Virus record (IMG/VR): IMGVR_UViG_3300050010_000596 | From: an uncultured virus (IMG/VR IMGVR_UViG_3300050010_000596) | Taxonomy: Duplodnaviria; Heunggongvirae; Uroviricota; Caudoviricetes | Direction: 5' to 3' (one strand) | DNA: 64,000 bases | Program-made: the position numbers and the translations under genes | Notes under the pieces: model-generated | Told to the model about the DNA's origin: nothing | Seen by the model: the letters and a program-made list of their open reading frames with translations, nothing else | Database searches by the model: none | In this document: positions 19,697-29,784 of the stretch, piece after piece | How positions within the stretch are numbered: position 1 is the stretch's first letter | How the letters are laid out: every line of letters begins with the position of its first letter

Positions 19697-21220
19697 TTAG
19701 ATGCAGAGCCCGTCCACGTAGTACAGCTCGGGGTGCTCATTGATGCGGCCCCGCTCGAAATCTTCACACCCAGGCTCATTGGCAGTGAACGTATCGGGGG
19801 TCTCCACGTAGCGACCCGCGTTCATGGTAAACAATTCCGTCTTGGCCTCCAACTCCAATAGCAGGATCATCGCGGTGTGGGGCGGGATAATCCGGCTCAG
19901 AATCTTCAGCACCGCCAGCGGGGCAGCTTCGCGGCCCACGGCCGCCATGCGGACCTTGACGATGAAGGCGTGGTTGCGAAGGACATTGGCCAGGAGGAAC
20001 TGGAGGGGGTTGATGGTAGCCGGGAGATTCGCGGCGGTGGGCTCGCCTACCTTGTTGGCCCGCTGGTCCAGCAAATGAGCCAAGGTCTGTCCGGCTTCCA
20101 GCCCACGCTGGTGCATGTCTTCCCAGAACTTGTCTACATCCAAGGGCCAGCCACCCAGCTTGAAACGGACCGTGGTGAAGGTTCCGTCGCTACCCACAAC
20201 CACCGGCACGGTTTCGTTGATGAAGGTCACACCGTCGTAGTAGCCCTCGACCAGGAAGTTCCGCGAGAGTTGCACAGCCTGGACAGCGTCCGGTACCTGG
20301 CCCCGGTTGCACTCGAAATACTGCACGGCATCCGTGAGGGCCGTTCCCGCCTGGATCGCCTCGCCGACTTGCACCAGGGGTACGGCAGCCGGGTTGAAGC
20401 GGTACACGTTCTGGTCGGTTACGACCAGCAGATGACGGGCGTCGGTGGTAATGAGTTCGACGGTCTCGTCGGCCAAGGCCAAGGGCACATCCATTGCCGC
20501 CGTGAGGGCCCCGTACACCTCTTTCGCCGCTGTGCCTCCTACAGCCGCATCCCACAAGGCATTGAGGAACCGCTTGTAGGTGGCCGACGAGGGTAGTTCT
20601 AGGCCCCACTGATAGCCCCAGTTGGTGAACAGTACCTTCCGGTCTACATCGCCGTGGTAGAGCCACATCGCCAGTTCGTAGTCTACGACGACCCCTGCCT
20701 CGTCATACACTTCACGGGTGGCAAACTGCTGACTACTGAAGGGATCGTCACGGAATACGATCACGCCCGAATGTGGCTCGATGGTGTAGTCGATGCCCGT
20801 GAACAGTACGGCCGAGGGTTCCGTGATCCGGTTGCAGATCATCGGCACGCCACAGACTGCGGCGGCGAGCGGGTAGGCATTGGCGTCGGGTCCAGTAACC
20901 TCGGCGTAGGCATGTCCGTCCCCGTAGCGGGCCCCGTCGCCGTATCGCAGAATGCTTCGCGAGGCGTCCTGCTGGGACTGCAACAGGATCAGCTCTTGCC
21001 AGCGTTCCTGGTGAAAGACAGGAGTAGTGTAGCGAGAGAGGCAGGCGGTGGCCTCTCGCATGTCAGAAATGGCTTGCCGTTCCAGGGTCGATAACCCGTA
21101 GACGTAGGTTGTCGTAACGTCGTTGCCTTCGTACAGCTCGGCCCACAGGGTACCCATCGTCCCGAGCAGGGCACTGGCGTTGTCTAAATCGTCCTGGGGG
21201 AAGCGGAAAGCGGTGGCCAT
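19697..21220 (-). CDS. Baseplate wedge protein (P2 gpI/T4 gp7-like)
   Basis: NWGYQWG, YKRFLNALW and C-terminal RIIPPHT (PAH-like) motif; lies downstream of the J-like gene. Confidence 0.6.
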   Translation of the reverse strand: MATAFRFPQDDLDNASALLGTMGTLWAELYEGNDVTTTYVYGLSTLERQAISDMREATACLSRYTTPVFHQERWQELILLQSQQDASRSILRYGDGARYGDGHAYAEVTGPDANAYPLAAAVCGVPMICNRITEPSAVLFTGIDYTIEPHSGVIVFRDDPFSSQQFATREVYDEAGVVVDYELAMWLYHGDVDRKVLFTNWGYQWGLELPSSATYKRFLNALWDAAVGGTAAKEVYGALTAAMDVPLALADETVELITTDARHLLVVTDQNVYRFNPAAVPLVQVGEAIQAGTALTDAVQYFECNRGQVPDAVQAVQLSRNFLVEGYYDGVTFINETVPVVVGSDGTFTTVRFKLGGWPLDVDKFWEDMHQRGLEAGQTLAHLLDQRANKVGEPTAANLPATINPLQFLLANVLRNHAFIVKVRMAAVGREAAPLAVLKILSRIIPPHTAMILLLELEAKTELFTMNAGRYVETPDTFTANEPGCEDFERGRINEHPELYYVDGLCI

Positions 21221-21360
21221 GGCCCCATTCTACCGCAAGCTGGGTCGCAGCGAAACGGATCTGGAGGCGGAGACGTCTTGACCATCATCCTTGACTCCTG
21301 CTCTAATTCCCCTCTGGTGTTCGTCTATTCGTTCAAAGTTTTCTGAAGGAGACATGCTAC

Positions 21361-21705
21361 ATGTCCGAAGAGAAGTGCTGCGGAACGTCCGCCTCCATAC
21401 CCCCGGAAGCTGTCCACCTGCTGTGCAAAGCCATTGCCGCAGGTTGCACTGCCGATCCGGCCAAGGCCAACGGCGTCGTGGTTCAGAGCCTGACCGCCCT
21501 GGGTCCGTGGGTGACGGCGGTTATCGACTTGATCAAGAAGGGCATCACGAACCTGCCCCAGATCCTCCAAATGCTCACCGCCGCAGGCATCGTCCTGCCG
21601 TCGTGGGCCTCGCTGGTCATCAACATTCTGATCTCGCTGTTGCCCCCGACGCCCGCCCCGGCCCCCACGCCGACGCCCGCGCCGACTCCGGCCCCAGCGA
21701 CCTGA
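21361..21705 (+). CDS. Small membrane protein, holin-like
   Basis: AAGGAG SD; amphipathic/hydrophobic helices; PT-rich tail. Confidence 0.5.
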   Translation: MSEEKCCGTSASIPPEAVHLLCKAIAAGCTADPAKANGVVVQSLTALGPWVTAVIDLIKKGITNLPQILQMLTAAGIVLPSWASLVINILISLLPPTPAPAPTPTPAPTPAPAT

Positions 21706-21788
21706 TCGCACGGCCGCGTGCCTGGTGCGAGGTCTCGGAGGCCCGCACCGGGCACCCCCGGCGCGCGATAACACAAGGAGGTGTTGCA

Positions 21789-22550
21789 ATGCAACGTCTT
21801 ATGCTCTCTATGGTCCTACTCGGGACCATCATCTTCTCCGCTCCAGTGCGTGCCGACGACAAGCCTGCGGTCCCCAGCAAGCATGCGGAAGCCAAGGAGC
21901 AGCTGATCCTGGATGTTAAGCCGGTTTGCAAGGACAAAGTTTGCACGCCGCCTGCCAAGGCTCAGCAAGCTGCCCCCGTGGCCGCCTCTGATGCCGATCC
22001 GATCAAGGTCGCCAGGGCCGCCCTCGACGCTGATCAAACTGCGTTGACCAATGCAATTGCCCAGATCAAGGCATCCAAGGCACTCGTAGCCGATGGTGTA
22101 ACCAAAAAGGCCGCTGCCTTATCTGCCGTCACCAAGGACCGGGCTGCGCTGTTGGTCCTCATTGACCAGCTGTACCCGATCCCTTCGCCTGATGTACCGC
22201 CGCCCGATGACCCGCCTCCGTCGCCGCCCGATGACCCGCCTCCGTCGCCGCCTACGCCGCCTGCGCCGCCCAAGCCCAACTTCACGCTGACACTGATCTC
22301 GTCGTTACCGACTGATCCTTGGCAGTGCGGTACCTGTGTAGATGTGCGTAACAATACGCTGCCCAAACTTTCTCTGGGCGATCAGCTGAAGCTCATCAGC
22401 TACAGTGATCCCCAGTCCATGACCCTTTATGGCGAGACGAACGTCGTCCCGCGCTGGGTCCTGGTTCGTGACGGTGGAGTGACGGAGAAGGTCGAGGGTG
22501 GCTTAACTGCTGACCAGGTTATGGCCTGGATTGGAGGCAAGAAGCCATGA
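21789..22550 (+). CDS. Exported protein: signal peptide, coiled coil, Pro-rich linker, thioredoxin-like CxxC domain
   Basis: AAGGAGG SD; MQRLMLSMVLLGTIIFSAPVRA signal; WQCGTC and VVPRWVL (cis-Pro-like). Confidence 0.7.
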   Translation: MQRLMLSMVLLGTIIFSAPVRADDKPAVPSKHAEAKEQLILDVKPVCKDKVCTPPAKAQQAAPVAASDADPIKVARAALDADQTALTNAIAQIKASKALVADGVTKKAAALSAVTKDRAALLVLIDQLYPIPSPDVPPPDDPPPSPPDDPPPSPPTPPAPPKPNFTLTLISSLPTDPWQCGTCVDVRNNTLPKLSLGDQLKLISYSDPQSMTLYGETNVVPRWVLVRDGGVTEKVEGGLTADQVMAWIGGKKP

Positions 22551-23617
22551 ATCTCACCATCACTCGCGACTACGACGCAATGCTCGCCCGGAAGACCGTG
22601 ATCCTTCCCGGCGTAGATGAAACGACCTTCGATCACCCGACACGGAAGAAGGGCTACAAGTCCAGTGTGGAAGGTAGACGGTTGCAGGCTCGTGCCCGCA
22701 ACATGTTCGAGTTCGTCTGCGATCTGCCGCCGCCCCCTGCCGAGTTCGACGCCTCCAACGGCTTCAACAGCTTCCAGATCTTTGGCAACGACACCTACGG
22801 CGACTGTGTCAAGGCGGAAGACGGCAATGCGGCCTTAGCGCTGACGTTCGGGGCCACGGGCATCGCCTGTACCATCGACCCGACCGTGCTCGTCAAGGAT
22901 TACTTCACCGAGACCGGTGGCTGGGATTCCGGCCTGGACCTGGCCACGGACATGGACTGGGACAACCAGAACGGCCTCGCCGATACAACGGGCAAGATTC
23001 ACCGGCCCGGTGTATACGGCTCGGTGGACGCCACCAACATCGACGAGTTCGCCTACTGCTGCTACTACTTCAAGCGGCTGAAGATCGCGATTGCCACGCC
23101 CTCTTCCTTTATGAATAGTAGCGACGGAGATGTGCTCGACTGGACGGCCGGACGCAACGCCGGGTCCAGTGATCACTGCGTGCTGGTCTGTGGCTGCAAA
23201 CAGATCAACGGCAAGCGGTATTGGAAGCTCGCGACCTGGGGCGGTGTGCGCTGGGTCTCGGACGACTGGATCGTTTGGGTTTGTGGCAAGGTGGGCGAAG
23301 CCTGGGCCACCTATGGGGATCTCGACATGGTCAACCCGGCGACGGGCAAGACCATCGACGGCTGGGATGGAGCGGAGATCGCGCAGTATTGGGCGATCTA
23401 CCACAATCAACCGACGCCCACCCCGACGCCCACCCCGACCCCGACCCCGACGCCTCCGCCAACCCCCGTGCCGCCGATGCAAGCACTGGGTACGGCGTTG
23501 ACGGGGCTGCAAAGCTCCTTGAACGTGCGGTTCATGGGTATCAGTCGCGTCGAAGCGGCCCGTACGCAGCTCTCGGCCGCGCAAGCGGCCTATGCCCAGC
23601 TGTCGGTGCCAAGCTAG
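22547..23617 (+). CDS. Papain-like (clan CA) cysteine peptidase
   Basis: GNDTYGDCV (Cys), DHCVLVCG (His), LATWG; PT linker and C-terminal helix. Confidence 0.7.
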   Translation: MNLTITRDYDAMLARKTVILPGVDETTFDHPTRKKGYKSSVEGRRLQARARNMFEFVCDLPPPPAEFDASNGFNSFQIFGNDTYGDCVKAEDGNAALALTFGATGIACTIDPTVLVKDYFTETGGWDSGLDLATDMDWDNQNGLADTTGKIHRPGVYGSVDATNIDEFAYCCYYFKRLKIAIATPSSFMNSSDGDVLDWTAGRNAGSSDHCVLVCGCKQINGKRYWKLATWGGVRWVSDDWIVWVCGKVGEAWATYGDLDMVNPATGKTIDGWDGAEIAQYWAIYHNQPTPTPTPTPTPTPTPPPTPVPPMQALGTALTGLQSSLNVRFMGISRVEAARTQLSAAQAAYAQLSVPS

Positions 23618-23619
23618 CA

Positions 23620-25266
23620 CTAAGTCGGCAAAATGCTGATGGCAACGTCGGCGGGATCGAGGAAGAATACAACGGTGCGGGGACTTGTGCCCCGCACCGT
23701 TTCTTCTGGTACGAGCAAGGTCTCGGTGCTCCGCAGCAGTCGCCAACTCAGGTCCTGGTGTTGGAGCTTGCCCACCATGTCGATGGCGTCCACGTAGGAG
23801 GCCCCGTTTAGCTGGTCTTGTACGGTCTGCGACAGTTGAGACGCAGGCAAGGCCCCCGTGAAGCCGGTCTGGTTGACCAGGGCAGCCAGGGCATTCTGAA
23901 TGGTAGGCACATCGGGGGATAGCTGCCCCGGTGCCAGGCGGATGACGAGGGAAAGCCGGACGAAGCAAGGCACGGCGGCTCGAACCAGGCAGTCCCCCAT
24001 CGGATTGCGGGTCTTCTGGGCCACCACCGCGTCCTGGATGGCGGCAATCAACGGCAAGGCCCTTGCCGTCACGTTGTAGGCCTGGGTGCTCTGGAGGACA
24101 GTTAGACCACTCGTGGGCGTGTCCGTGTCTCTGAAGCGAACTGTGGCGGTCTGGAAGCGGCTGTAGCGGCCTTCCAGGTCGTTGACGATGTCCGGCAGGA
24201 ATCCATCGTTGTCCAGCGGGGACAAATCGACGCTCCGCTGATCGCTGACGATCTGGTAGGTGCCCAAGATGGCCCCACTGGTGGGGAGGCAGATGAGAGG
24301 AAAGTCGTAGAAGCCAGGGGCATCGTCCCGGCCCACTGAGAACTGCCACAGGCCGACCCCGTCCGTGTCGGGCCCCACATAGGTGGCGGTCTTGGCTAGC
24401 ACGATGCTTTGCGGGAGGGCCTGGGTACGGATGTACCAATCGATCTTACCCCCGGTAGTGCCGGGGAAGATCGAGTGCTTGTCACGCTTCATCTCGGGAG
24501 CCCCCATGCCGACCACTGAGTCGGCAACCACCCGCGAGAACGCGGTCTGCTGGATGAGGGTCGCCTCCATGTTCACCGGGCCCGAGAGGGCCGAGGCGGC
24601 GATCCCTGGCAAGAGTCGGTTGATGAGCGAGGTGTTCGACTCGGCGCTGTAGCCGCCCAGGAAGTCGCTCGTAGCGAAGGCCTTGATAAAGTTCGCAGGC
24701 GGGTTGGCCGGAGTTACCACGGCATTCTGCTTGAGCATTCCTGCCAAGCCTTCCGTGGTACATTGCACGTCGATCACGAAGGCGTAGGTGCCATCGCTCA
24801 ATGGCACCAGCAGCCGGTCGGTGGGCAACTGCACCAGCGCCGCTACATCGCGGGCGGTAAAGGAGGTCAAGGTCTGGAAGGTCTGTCCGTTGGCGGTGAA
24901 AGTCGCTCCCGAGGAAACCGTCATCGGCAGGTCTTCGGAGAGGATCATGGTGATCTGCCCCGAGGCTTGCTCGCCCGTCAACCGGGCAACGCGGTAGTTC
25001 GAGGCCACGGCGTCCTCCAAATCCGGGTCGGCGATCTCCGGGTTCTGACTCAAGGCCAGCAGGCTCATCGCCTGCTGCACCTGCTGCCACAAGGTGGTGT
25101 GCAGCGTGGAGTACATCGCGGCAGGGTTGAGTACGTAGTCGAAAATCACACCCCGCTTGACATAGATCGTCGGGTGCATTTCCTGGAGCAGCTGCGCCAG
25201 CTGGTCGCAGCGGGAAGCCACCGTGGGCTGATCGAGATCGAACAGATTATCAACGTCCAGAGCCAT
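23620..25266 (-). CDS. Baseplate J-like wedge protein (T4 gp6/P2 gpJ)
   Basis: NYRVARLTGEQASGQIT, VQCTTEGLAG, GGYSAESNTSLINR, GGKIDWY. Confidence 0.8.
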   Translation of the reverse strand: MALDVDNLFDLDQPTVASRCDQLAQLLQEMHPTIYVKRGVIFDYVLNPAAMYSTLHTTLWQQVQQAMSLLALSQNPEIADPDLEDAVASNYRVARLTGEQASGQITMILSEDLPMTVSSGATFTANGQTFQTLTSFTARDVAALVQLPTDRLLVPLSDGTYAFVIDVQCTTEGLAGMLKQNAVVTPANPPANFIKAFATSDFLGGYSAESNTSLINRLLPGIAASALSGPVNMEATLIQQTAFSRVVADSVVGMGAPEMKRDKHSIFPGTTGGKIDWYIRTQALPQSIVLAKTATYVGPDTDGVGLWQFSVGRDDAPGFYDFPLICLPTSGAILGTYQIVSDQRSVDLSPLDNDGFLPDIVNDLEGRYSRFQTATVRFRDTDTPTSGLTVLQSTQAYNVTARALPLIAAIQDAVVAQKTRNPMGDCLVRAAVPCFVRLSLVIRLAPGQLSPDVPTIQNALAALVNQTGFTGALPASQLSQTVQDQLNGASYVDAIDMVGKLQHQDLSWRLLRSTETLLVPEETVRGTSPRTVVFFLDPADVAISILPT

Positions 25267-25273
25267 GGGACCC

Positions 25274-25747
25274 TCACAGGTTGAGCGAGATGGGGATGAG
25301 AACGGATCGCGAGGCTCCCGCTTGGCTGGTGAGCGTCACGTAGATCTTGGCCAGTCCGGGGGACACCGCAATGGAGTTGATGGTGGCGTTCCCGAAGCAT
25401 TCGTCAGGCGGGTCGGTGGCAACTTCGTCGCCGATCAGGTTCACGGCGATCTGTTCCAAGGCCTCGGCAAACGCGCCGCACACATCGAGCTGGGTGTTGA
25501 GCAGGCCTTGGCGGGCCTCGGTCATAAACGTGGTGCCCCGCTCTGGTGCGTAGAGGATCGAGCCCTGCTCCGTCAGCAGCTCCAACAGGAACCGCTGGGC
25601 GAGCTTCTGGATACCGGCCGTGACCTTGCCGCCTTCGTCGGGCTGGGCCAGCACTTGCTGGAGCATCACTTCGCCAAACTGCGTGGCCCCGTCAAAGGCC
25701 AGCACATCAGCCTGGCGGCCGGTATAGTCGATGGAGAAGACAGTCAT
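25274..25747 (-). CDS. gp25-like baseplate wedge/sheath initiator
   Basis: GIQKLAQRFLLELLTEQGS...PERGT pattern; adjacent to the J-like gene. Confidence 0.75.
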   Translation of the reverse strand: MTVFSIDYTGRQADVLAFDGATQFGEVMLQQVLAQPDEGGKVTAGIQKLAQRFLLELLTEQGSILYAPERGTTFMTEARQGLLNTQLDVCGAFAEALEQIAVNLIGDEVATDPPDECFGNATINSIAVSPGLAKIYVTLTSQAGASRSVLIPISLNL

Positions 25748-25755
25748 CGTGGCTC

Positions 25756-26226
25756 CTACGCGGGCTTATCCTGGCCGGTCTGTTTGAGGATGAATTGGAG
25801 GTAGCTCTTGAAGCCTGTCTGGAACACACCCAGGTCGTGCTGATGGCCGTAACGACGGGCGTTGGAGTGGACCATCATCCGAGGCCAGCTCTTGTGCCGT
25901 TCGCGAAAGGCCCGCTCCAAGGTCCCCAAGTAGTCGCCTTGCAGCTGGATCGCCATCAGGTCACCCACGCAACCGGGGCTGTTGCCATCCTTGGTCACGC
26001 TGTCGAAGTCGTTGAACTGATCTTGGCGGTCGAAAGGCTGGCTCATGCCAGTCAGGTCGAACAGGTCCTTGTTCCATCCCTGGGCGTCGGGTTGATACCA
26101 CATCCAGACTGCGCCCAGCTTCATGGCGGTCCAGTCCTTCTTGGCGTAATCGACCATTCGCTGGTGTTGCTTTTGCCAGTGTTGCCCAATGTCGCTCTTC
26201 TTGGTTTGTTCACCTGGATCGGCCAT
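25756..26226 (-). CDS. Hypothetical protein
   Basis: 156-aa ORF in the baseplate cluster. Confidence 0.7.
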   Translation of the reverse strand: MADPGEQTKKSDIGQHWQKQHQRMVDYAKKDWTAMKLGAVWMWYQPDAQGWNKDLFDLTGMSQPFDRQDQFNDFDSVTKDGNSPGCVGDLMAIQLQGDYLGTLERAFRERHKSWPRMMVHSNARRYGHQHDLGVFQTGFKSYLQFILKQTGQDKPA

Positions 26227-26230
26227 GTTG

Positions 26231-26244
26231 CTTAAACCTTTAAG
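26231..26244. promoter_or_regulatory. CTTAAA-NN-TTTAAG palindrome, copy 3
   Basis: cttaaacctttaag 4 nt upstream of the ATG at 26226, overlapping the stop of 26232..26438. Confidence 0.7.
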
Positions 26245-26438
26245 TCAGTAATGCCTTCGCCTGCGATCTCCACCTCAACAGGGACCACCTCGATTCGCAG
26301 GTGTGGTACCATGTCTATGGCGTCCATACTGAACTCTACTCGCTGCACGAAATCGAGCCGTTCACCTGTATCGGCATTGAGGATTTCACATGTGCAGGGC
26401 TCGTTCTTACCTTCGCGGTATAACAGCTTGATCCGCAT
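26232..26438 (-). CDS. Small hypothetical protein
   Basis: 68-aa ORF, AAGGA SD. Confidence 0.6.
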   Translation of the reverse strand: MRIKLLYREGKNEPCTCEILNADTGERLDFVQRVEFSMDAIDMVPHLRIEVVPVEVEIAGEGITDLKV

Positions 26439-26447
26439 GATAGGTCC

Positions 26448-27197
26448 TTAGAAGAGGTTGAAGTCTTGGGCCTCGTCGAGCTTCTGCTGGAGGAGGGCCT
26501 TGCGTTGACTGATAGCTCCAGGGCTCAGCCGCAGACGACGGGCCAAGTCCTGGTTGGAAAGTACCGGCTTGCCGAACAAGCCTAACGAGCCTTCAAGGAT
26601 CTTCTGCCCCACCGGATCAACATCGTGGTACACCAGCTCCACCGAAGGATGGATGTGTTGCTCGGTGCTGGGGCTGCGGGTGGCGGGCGTCATAGGACCG
26701 GACTCGGCGTCCATGGTGGCGGCCTCCATGGTCCCTTCGGCGATGGGCGACTGCATCTGCTGGATGCGTTGCAGGCGGCGCACCGACAGGCCGGTGGCAT
26801 CCGCCAGCTCGACCATCGATGGCTCGCGGCCCAGCCGGTCGGACAACTCAGCCGTGCGCTGGGTGATGTGTCCCGCGTCCATCGACATTCGTTCGGGCAC
26901 TGACAGCACCTGCTGCTCTTGTCGCATTACCCGCCGCAGCCCTTGCAGGTGATTGGTGAGGTGGGTGGCGAGCTTGGCCTGACTAGGATCGTAACTCTTC
27001 AGGGCCTGAAGGGCGATGCGGCGCGCCCGGCTACGGGTATTGGGACTGGGGTTCGGTCCGGCGTAGGCCGCCACCCCCTTGTCCAGGACCGGGCTCACTG
27101 CCTTGAGCAGGGCCGAGGTGGATTCGGGCGAGGGCGACTTCTGCCATTGCGAAAATGGCTCGGTAAAGTGCTCTTCCAGCAAGCTTTTCTTGGCCAT
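26448..27197 (-). CDS. Sigma70-family (group 3, FliA/WhiG-like) sigma factor
   Basis: ALKSYDPSQAKLATH (region 2), LSDRLGREPSMVELADATGLS (region 3), SNQDLARRLRLSPGAISQR (region 4 HTH). Confidence 0.85.
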   Translation of the reverse strand: MAKKSLLEEHFTEPFSQWQKSPSPESTSALLKAVSPVLDKGVAAYAGPNPSPNTRSRARRIALQALKSYDPSQAKLATHLTNHLQGLRRVMRQEQQVLSVPERMSMDAGHITQRTAELSDRLGREPSMVELADATGLSVRRLQRIQQMQSPIAEGTMEAATMDAESGPMTPATRSPSTEQHIHPSVELVYHDVDPVGQKILEGSLGLFGKPVLSNQDLARRLRLSPGAISQRKALLQQKLDEAQDFNLF

Positions 27198-27206
27198 CCT
27201 TGCCTC

Positions 27207-28904
27207 CTAGTCGCCTTCAAACAGGTATTCTTCTACCAGCGGGCAGCCCTTCCAGGCCGCGTTGTTGTAGATTGGGTTGCCCGGCACACTGACGATGCCG
27301 TTATCATTCTCGGTGTTTGTGCGGACGCTCGCAAGCTGAAAGCCGGTTCCGGCCCGCGATCCTTCGGCGTCGATCTCGATTGAGACCCGTGTTACCATGC
27401 CCACATAGTTCTGGTTGCCTAGAGCATCGCTGGCTGCCAGGTGGATCTCTTGGGTGTTCTCGACGGCAATGGTGCTGCCCGGTGCAATGTCGAAGCGGAG
27501 CTTGCCGTACACCACACCGAAGCGACCTCGCAGACATTCTGCGGCGTACCAAACGTGGGCCAAGCGGTCGTAGGCGGAGTTGCAGGCTACGTGAGTGTCG
27601 GCGGATGTCTTCCCATCTTCACCACCGCGAAACCCAGCACCCGGTGTGGTGGCTGTTGGTGTGGGCTGGCGATTCTTGCCCATGGATGTGTTGTTGGCGC
27701 TATGTGATGTTAGCCCCACATTGGCCATCCAATCTGGGCAGTCTTTCACCAGGATCAGCCCGTCGTCTTCGATGCCTGGTGGCGCGTAGCAGCCCCCAGC
27801 ACCCACCACGTTGAAGACGGAGGGACCGTTACGGTCGTGGTTCGACATGCGAAAGCCATGCTTGCCCAGTACCTGCACACTCCGTAGCGGCTTGGAGAGC
27901 GCGGCATCAATGCCCAGGTAAGACACATCGACCGCTTTGAGCTCCTTAGTGTACGTCGATTGCAACGCAGCCGTGTAGGGGAAGACAATGGCCGACTCTA
28001 CTCGCGGAGATACTGCGAAGAAGAAGTTCGCTCCGTAGTCGCCAATGAGCTTGCTCCACAACGTCTGCGATACGCAGCTGTCCAGCCGCTGGTGACCGAT
28101 GTAGTCGCTGATCGATTTGGACAGTTGCGAAGCAGCTTCTTCGACAGCCATTGCCAGCGGGACGTACCACTGCGAGGGCGACGTGCCGCACTGGCTGTTA
28201 CCCTCCATCAGCTGCAAGGCAGCCAAGCCCCGCTTGTTGGTCTTGCCCGCTCCGGCAAAGCAGGCGTTGTTGGGTTTGAACTTGAAAAGGTCTTTGTTGG
28301 CGATGTTGCACAGCAAAGGTTGCAAACACTGGCCCCACAAATCTGCGCTGATGTTGCCTGGCGTCAGCAGGGCGTGGCCTGTGTGTTGGCCCAGGTTGGT
28401 AGGTTTACCTGTAGAGGCCGTCAGGCCATCCTGAACATAGACCGCCCGGCTGCTGAACTGGAAGCAGCTGCTAGGGTGGGTCTGGTTGCTCAGTGAGCTG
28501 GAGAACTCCAGGTCCGCCAACCAGTGCACCATGTTGAGGGTGACCCGCATGGAACCCCGTACCTTCTGCGAGCCGAAACCGGTCACGTAGCCTTTGAAGA
28601 TCCGTATCCAACCGCCCGGCCAAGACTGGCCGCCCGGTGTCCATTCGCCGTCCGCCTTGAAGTACACCGAGCAGGGCTGCATCCGTAAGATGCTCCCAGC
28701 TGTCTGGTGGATCATGGCCGGGCTGTCTTGGCCTACACTGGTCTCGCCAGGCAGCACACATACGCCGACCGACAAGCAGGCTTGGGCCATGGGAATGCCG
28801 CTCAAGGAGTAATTCATACTGAACGATGCGCAGTCATAGATCTTGCCGTCGATGACGATCTTCAGATCCATCTGCATGTAGGCAACAGCAACAGTGTCGC
28901 TCAT
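27207..28904 (-). CDS. Baseplate hub protein (T4 gp27/Mu P-like)
   Basis: RIFKGYV near the N-terminus; GKLRFDIAPGSTI...GMVTRVSIEI at the C-terminus; start MSDTV overlaps the upstream stop. Confidence 0.65.
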   Translation of the reverse strand: MSDTVAVAYMQMDLKIVIDGKIYDCASFSMNYSLSGIPMAQACLSVGVCVLPGETSVGQDSPAMIHQTAGSILRMQPCSVYFKADGEWTPGGQSWPGGWIRIFKGYVTGFGSQKVRGSMRVTLNMVHWLADLEFSSSLSNQTHPSSCFQFSSRAVYVQDGLTASTGKPTNLGQHTGHALLTPGNISADLWGQCLQPLLCNIANKDLFKFKPNNACFAGAGKTNKRGLAALQLMEGNSQCGTSPSQWYVPLAMAVEEAASQLSKSISDYIGHQRLDSCVSQTLWSKLIGDYGANFFFAVSPRVESAIVFPYTAALQSTYTKELKAVDVSYLGIDAALSKPLRSVQVLGKHGFRMSNHDRNGPSVFNVVGAGGCYAPPGIEDDGLILVKDCPDWMANVGLTSHSANNTSMGKNRQPTPTATTPGAGFRGGEDGKTSADTHVACNSAYDRLAHVWYAAECLRGRFGVVYGKLRFDIAPGSTIAVENTQEIHLAASDALGNQNYVGMVTRVSIEIDAEGSRAGTGFQLASVRTNTENDNGIVSVPGNPIYNNAAWKGCPLVEEYLFEGD

Positions 28905-29767
28905 AAGGCCCCCAGTCGCACTTGCTCGGTGTAGTAGATCAGCCCCAGCACCAACCCACCCAAGGCGTACTGCACCTCGGGATGCCGCAGCCACAGGTTG
29001 TAGAAGGTGAGCCAGGGCTCCTGGGTCGCCCGTGGGCTGCCTACGCCGAAGAGGGTAAGGATGTTTGGCTCGCCGATCTGTCGCAGGCTACTTTCCAGGT
29101 CGCCTAGCGAGAAACGGGGTCGCGTCACCGCCTGCACCGCCCAGCTGTAATTGGCCATTGGCCCACCACCCAGCTGCGTCCAGTCCAGACCGTCCCAGGC
29201 GCTGAACGCCAGGTCGTACCACTCCACCGGCTCGATGTCGTTCTGGAAACGGAAGAACAGGCTGGAGTCTGGCAAGGCCAGCAGGTTGCTCAGCCAGTCT
29301 GTCAGGGTGTAGTTCAACGTCACCTGGGCCCGCCGTGGCAGGATCTCCTTGACCAGCAGTTGGGTATCCGACGTTGCCGCCAACTGCCAGGCCCGCACAC
29401 AGATACCGCTCACGTCCGACGTGCCCAGGTCGCCTGTCACCCAGACCTTGTCGGTGGGCGACACACGGGCCCCGAAGTTCTGTGAGGAGAAGAAGCTGTC
29501 GTCGCGCACGTCGTAGGTGATGCGGGGATCGAGGTCGGTGACGAACCCGCCTAGCTCCGTGGCCGCCAGCATCGCCAGCAGCTGCTGGGCTCGATAGTTG
29601 TACATCACTCGGTCCGGCCGGGCCCCGAACAAGATCGTGCGGATGCGTTGCAGCTCCGTAGGCAGCACCAGGGCCTTGTAGGCAGGTGGGATGTACTGAT
29701 CTCCCAGGCGACCGCCGAAGCCGTTGCCGTTGATATTCATCAGGAGCGTACGAGCGTGATTGATCAC
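28901..29767 (-). CDS. Hypothetical tail/baseplate protein
   Basis: 288-aa ORF; synteny. Confidence 0.6.
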   Translation of the reverse strand: MINHARTLLMNINGNGFGGRLGDQYIPPAYKALVLPTELQRIRTILFGARPDRVMYNYRAQQLLAMLAATELGGFVTDLDPRITYDVRDDSFFSSQNFGARVSPTDKVWVTGDLGTSDVSGICVRAWQLAATSDTQLLVKEILPRRAQVTLNYTLTDWLSNLLALPDSSLFFRFQNDIEPVEWYDLAFSAWDGLDWTQLGGGPMANYSWAVQAVTRPRFSLGDLESSLRQIGEPNILTLFGVGSPRATQEPWLTFYNLWLRHPEVQYALGGLVLGLIYYTEQVRLGAL

Positions 29768-29784
29768 AGCGGAATCCTTCGTAG

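Noticed and set aside
21291..21788. N-terminal extension of the 419-aa ORF
   Set aside because: Overlaps the better ORF 21361..21705; AAGGAGG and a signal peptide support the start at 21789
22835..24439. 534-aa minus-strand ORF
   Set aside because: Arg/Pro-rich off-frame product overlapping two well-supported genes
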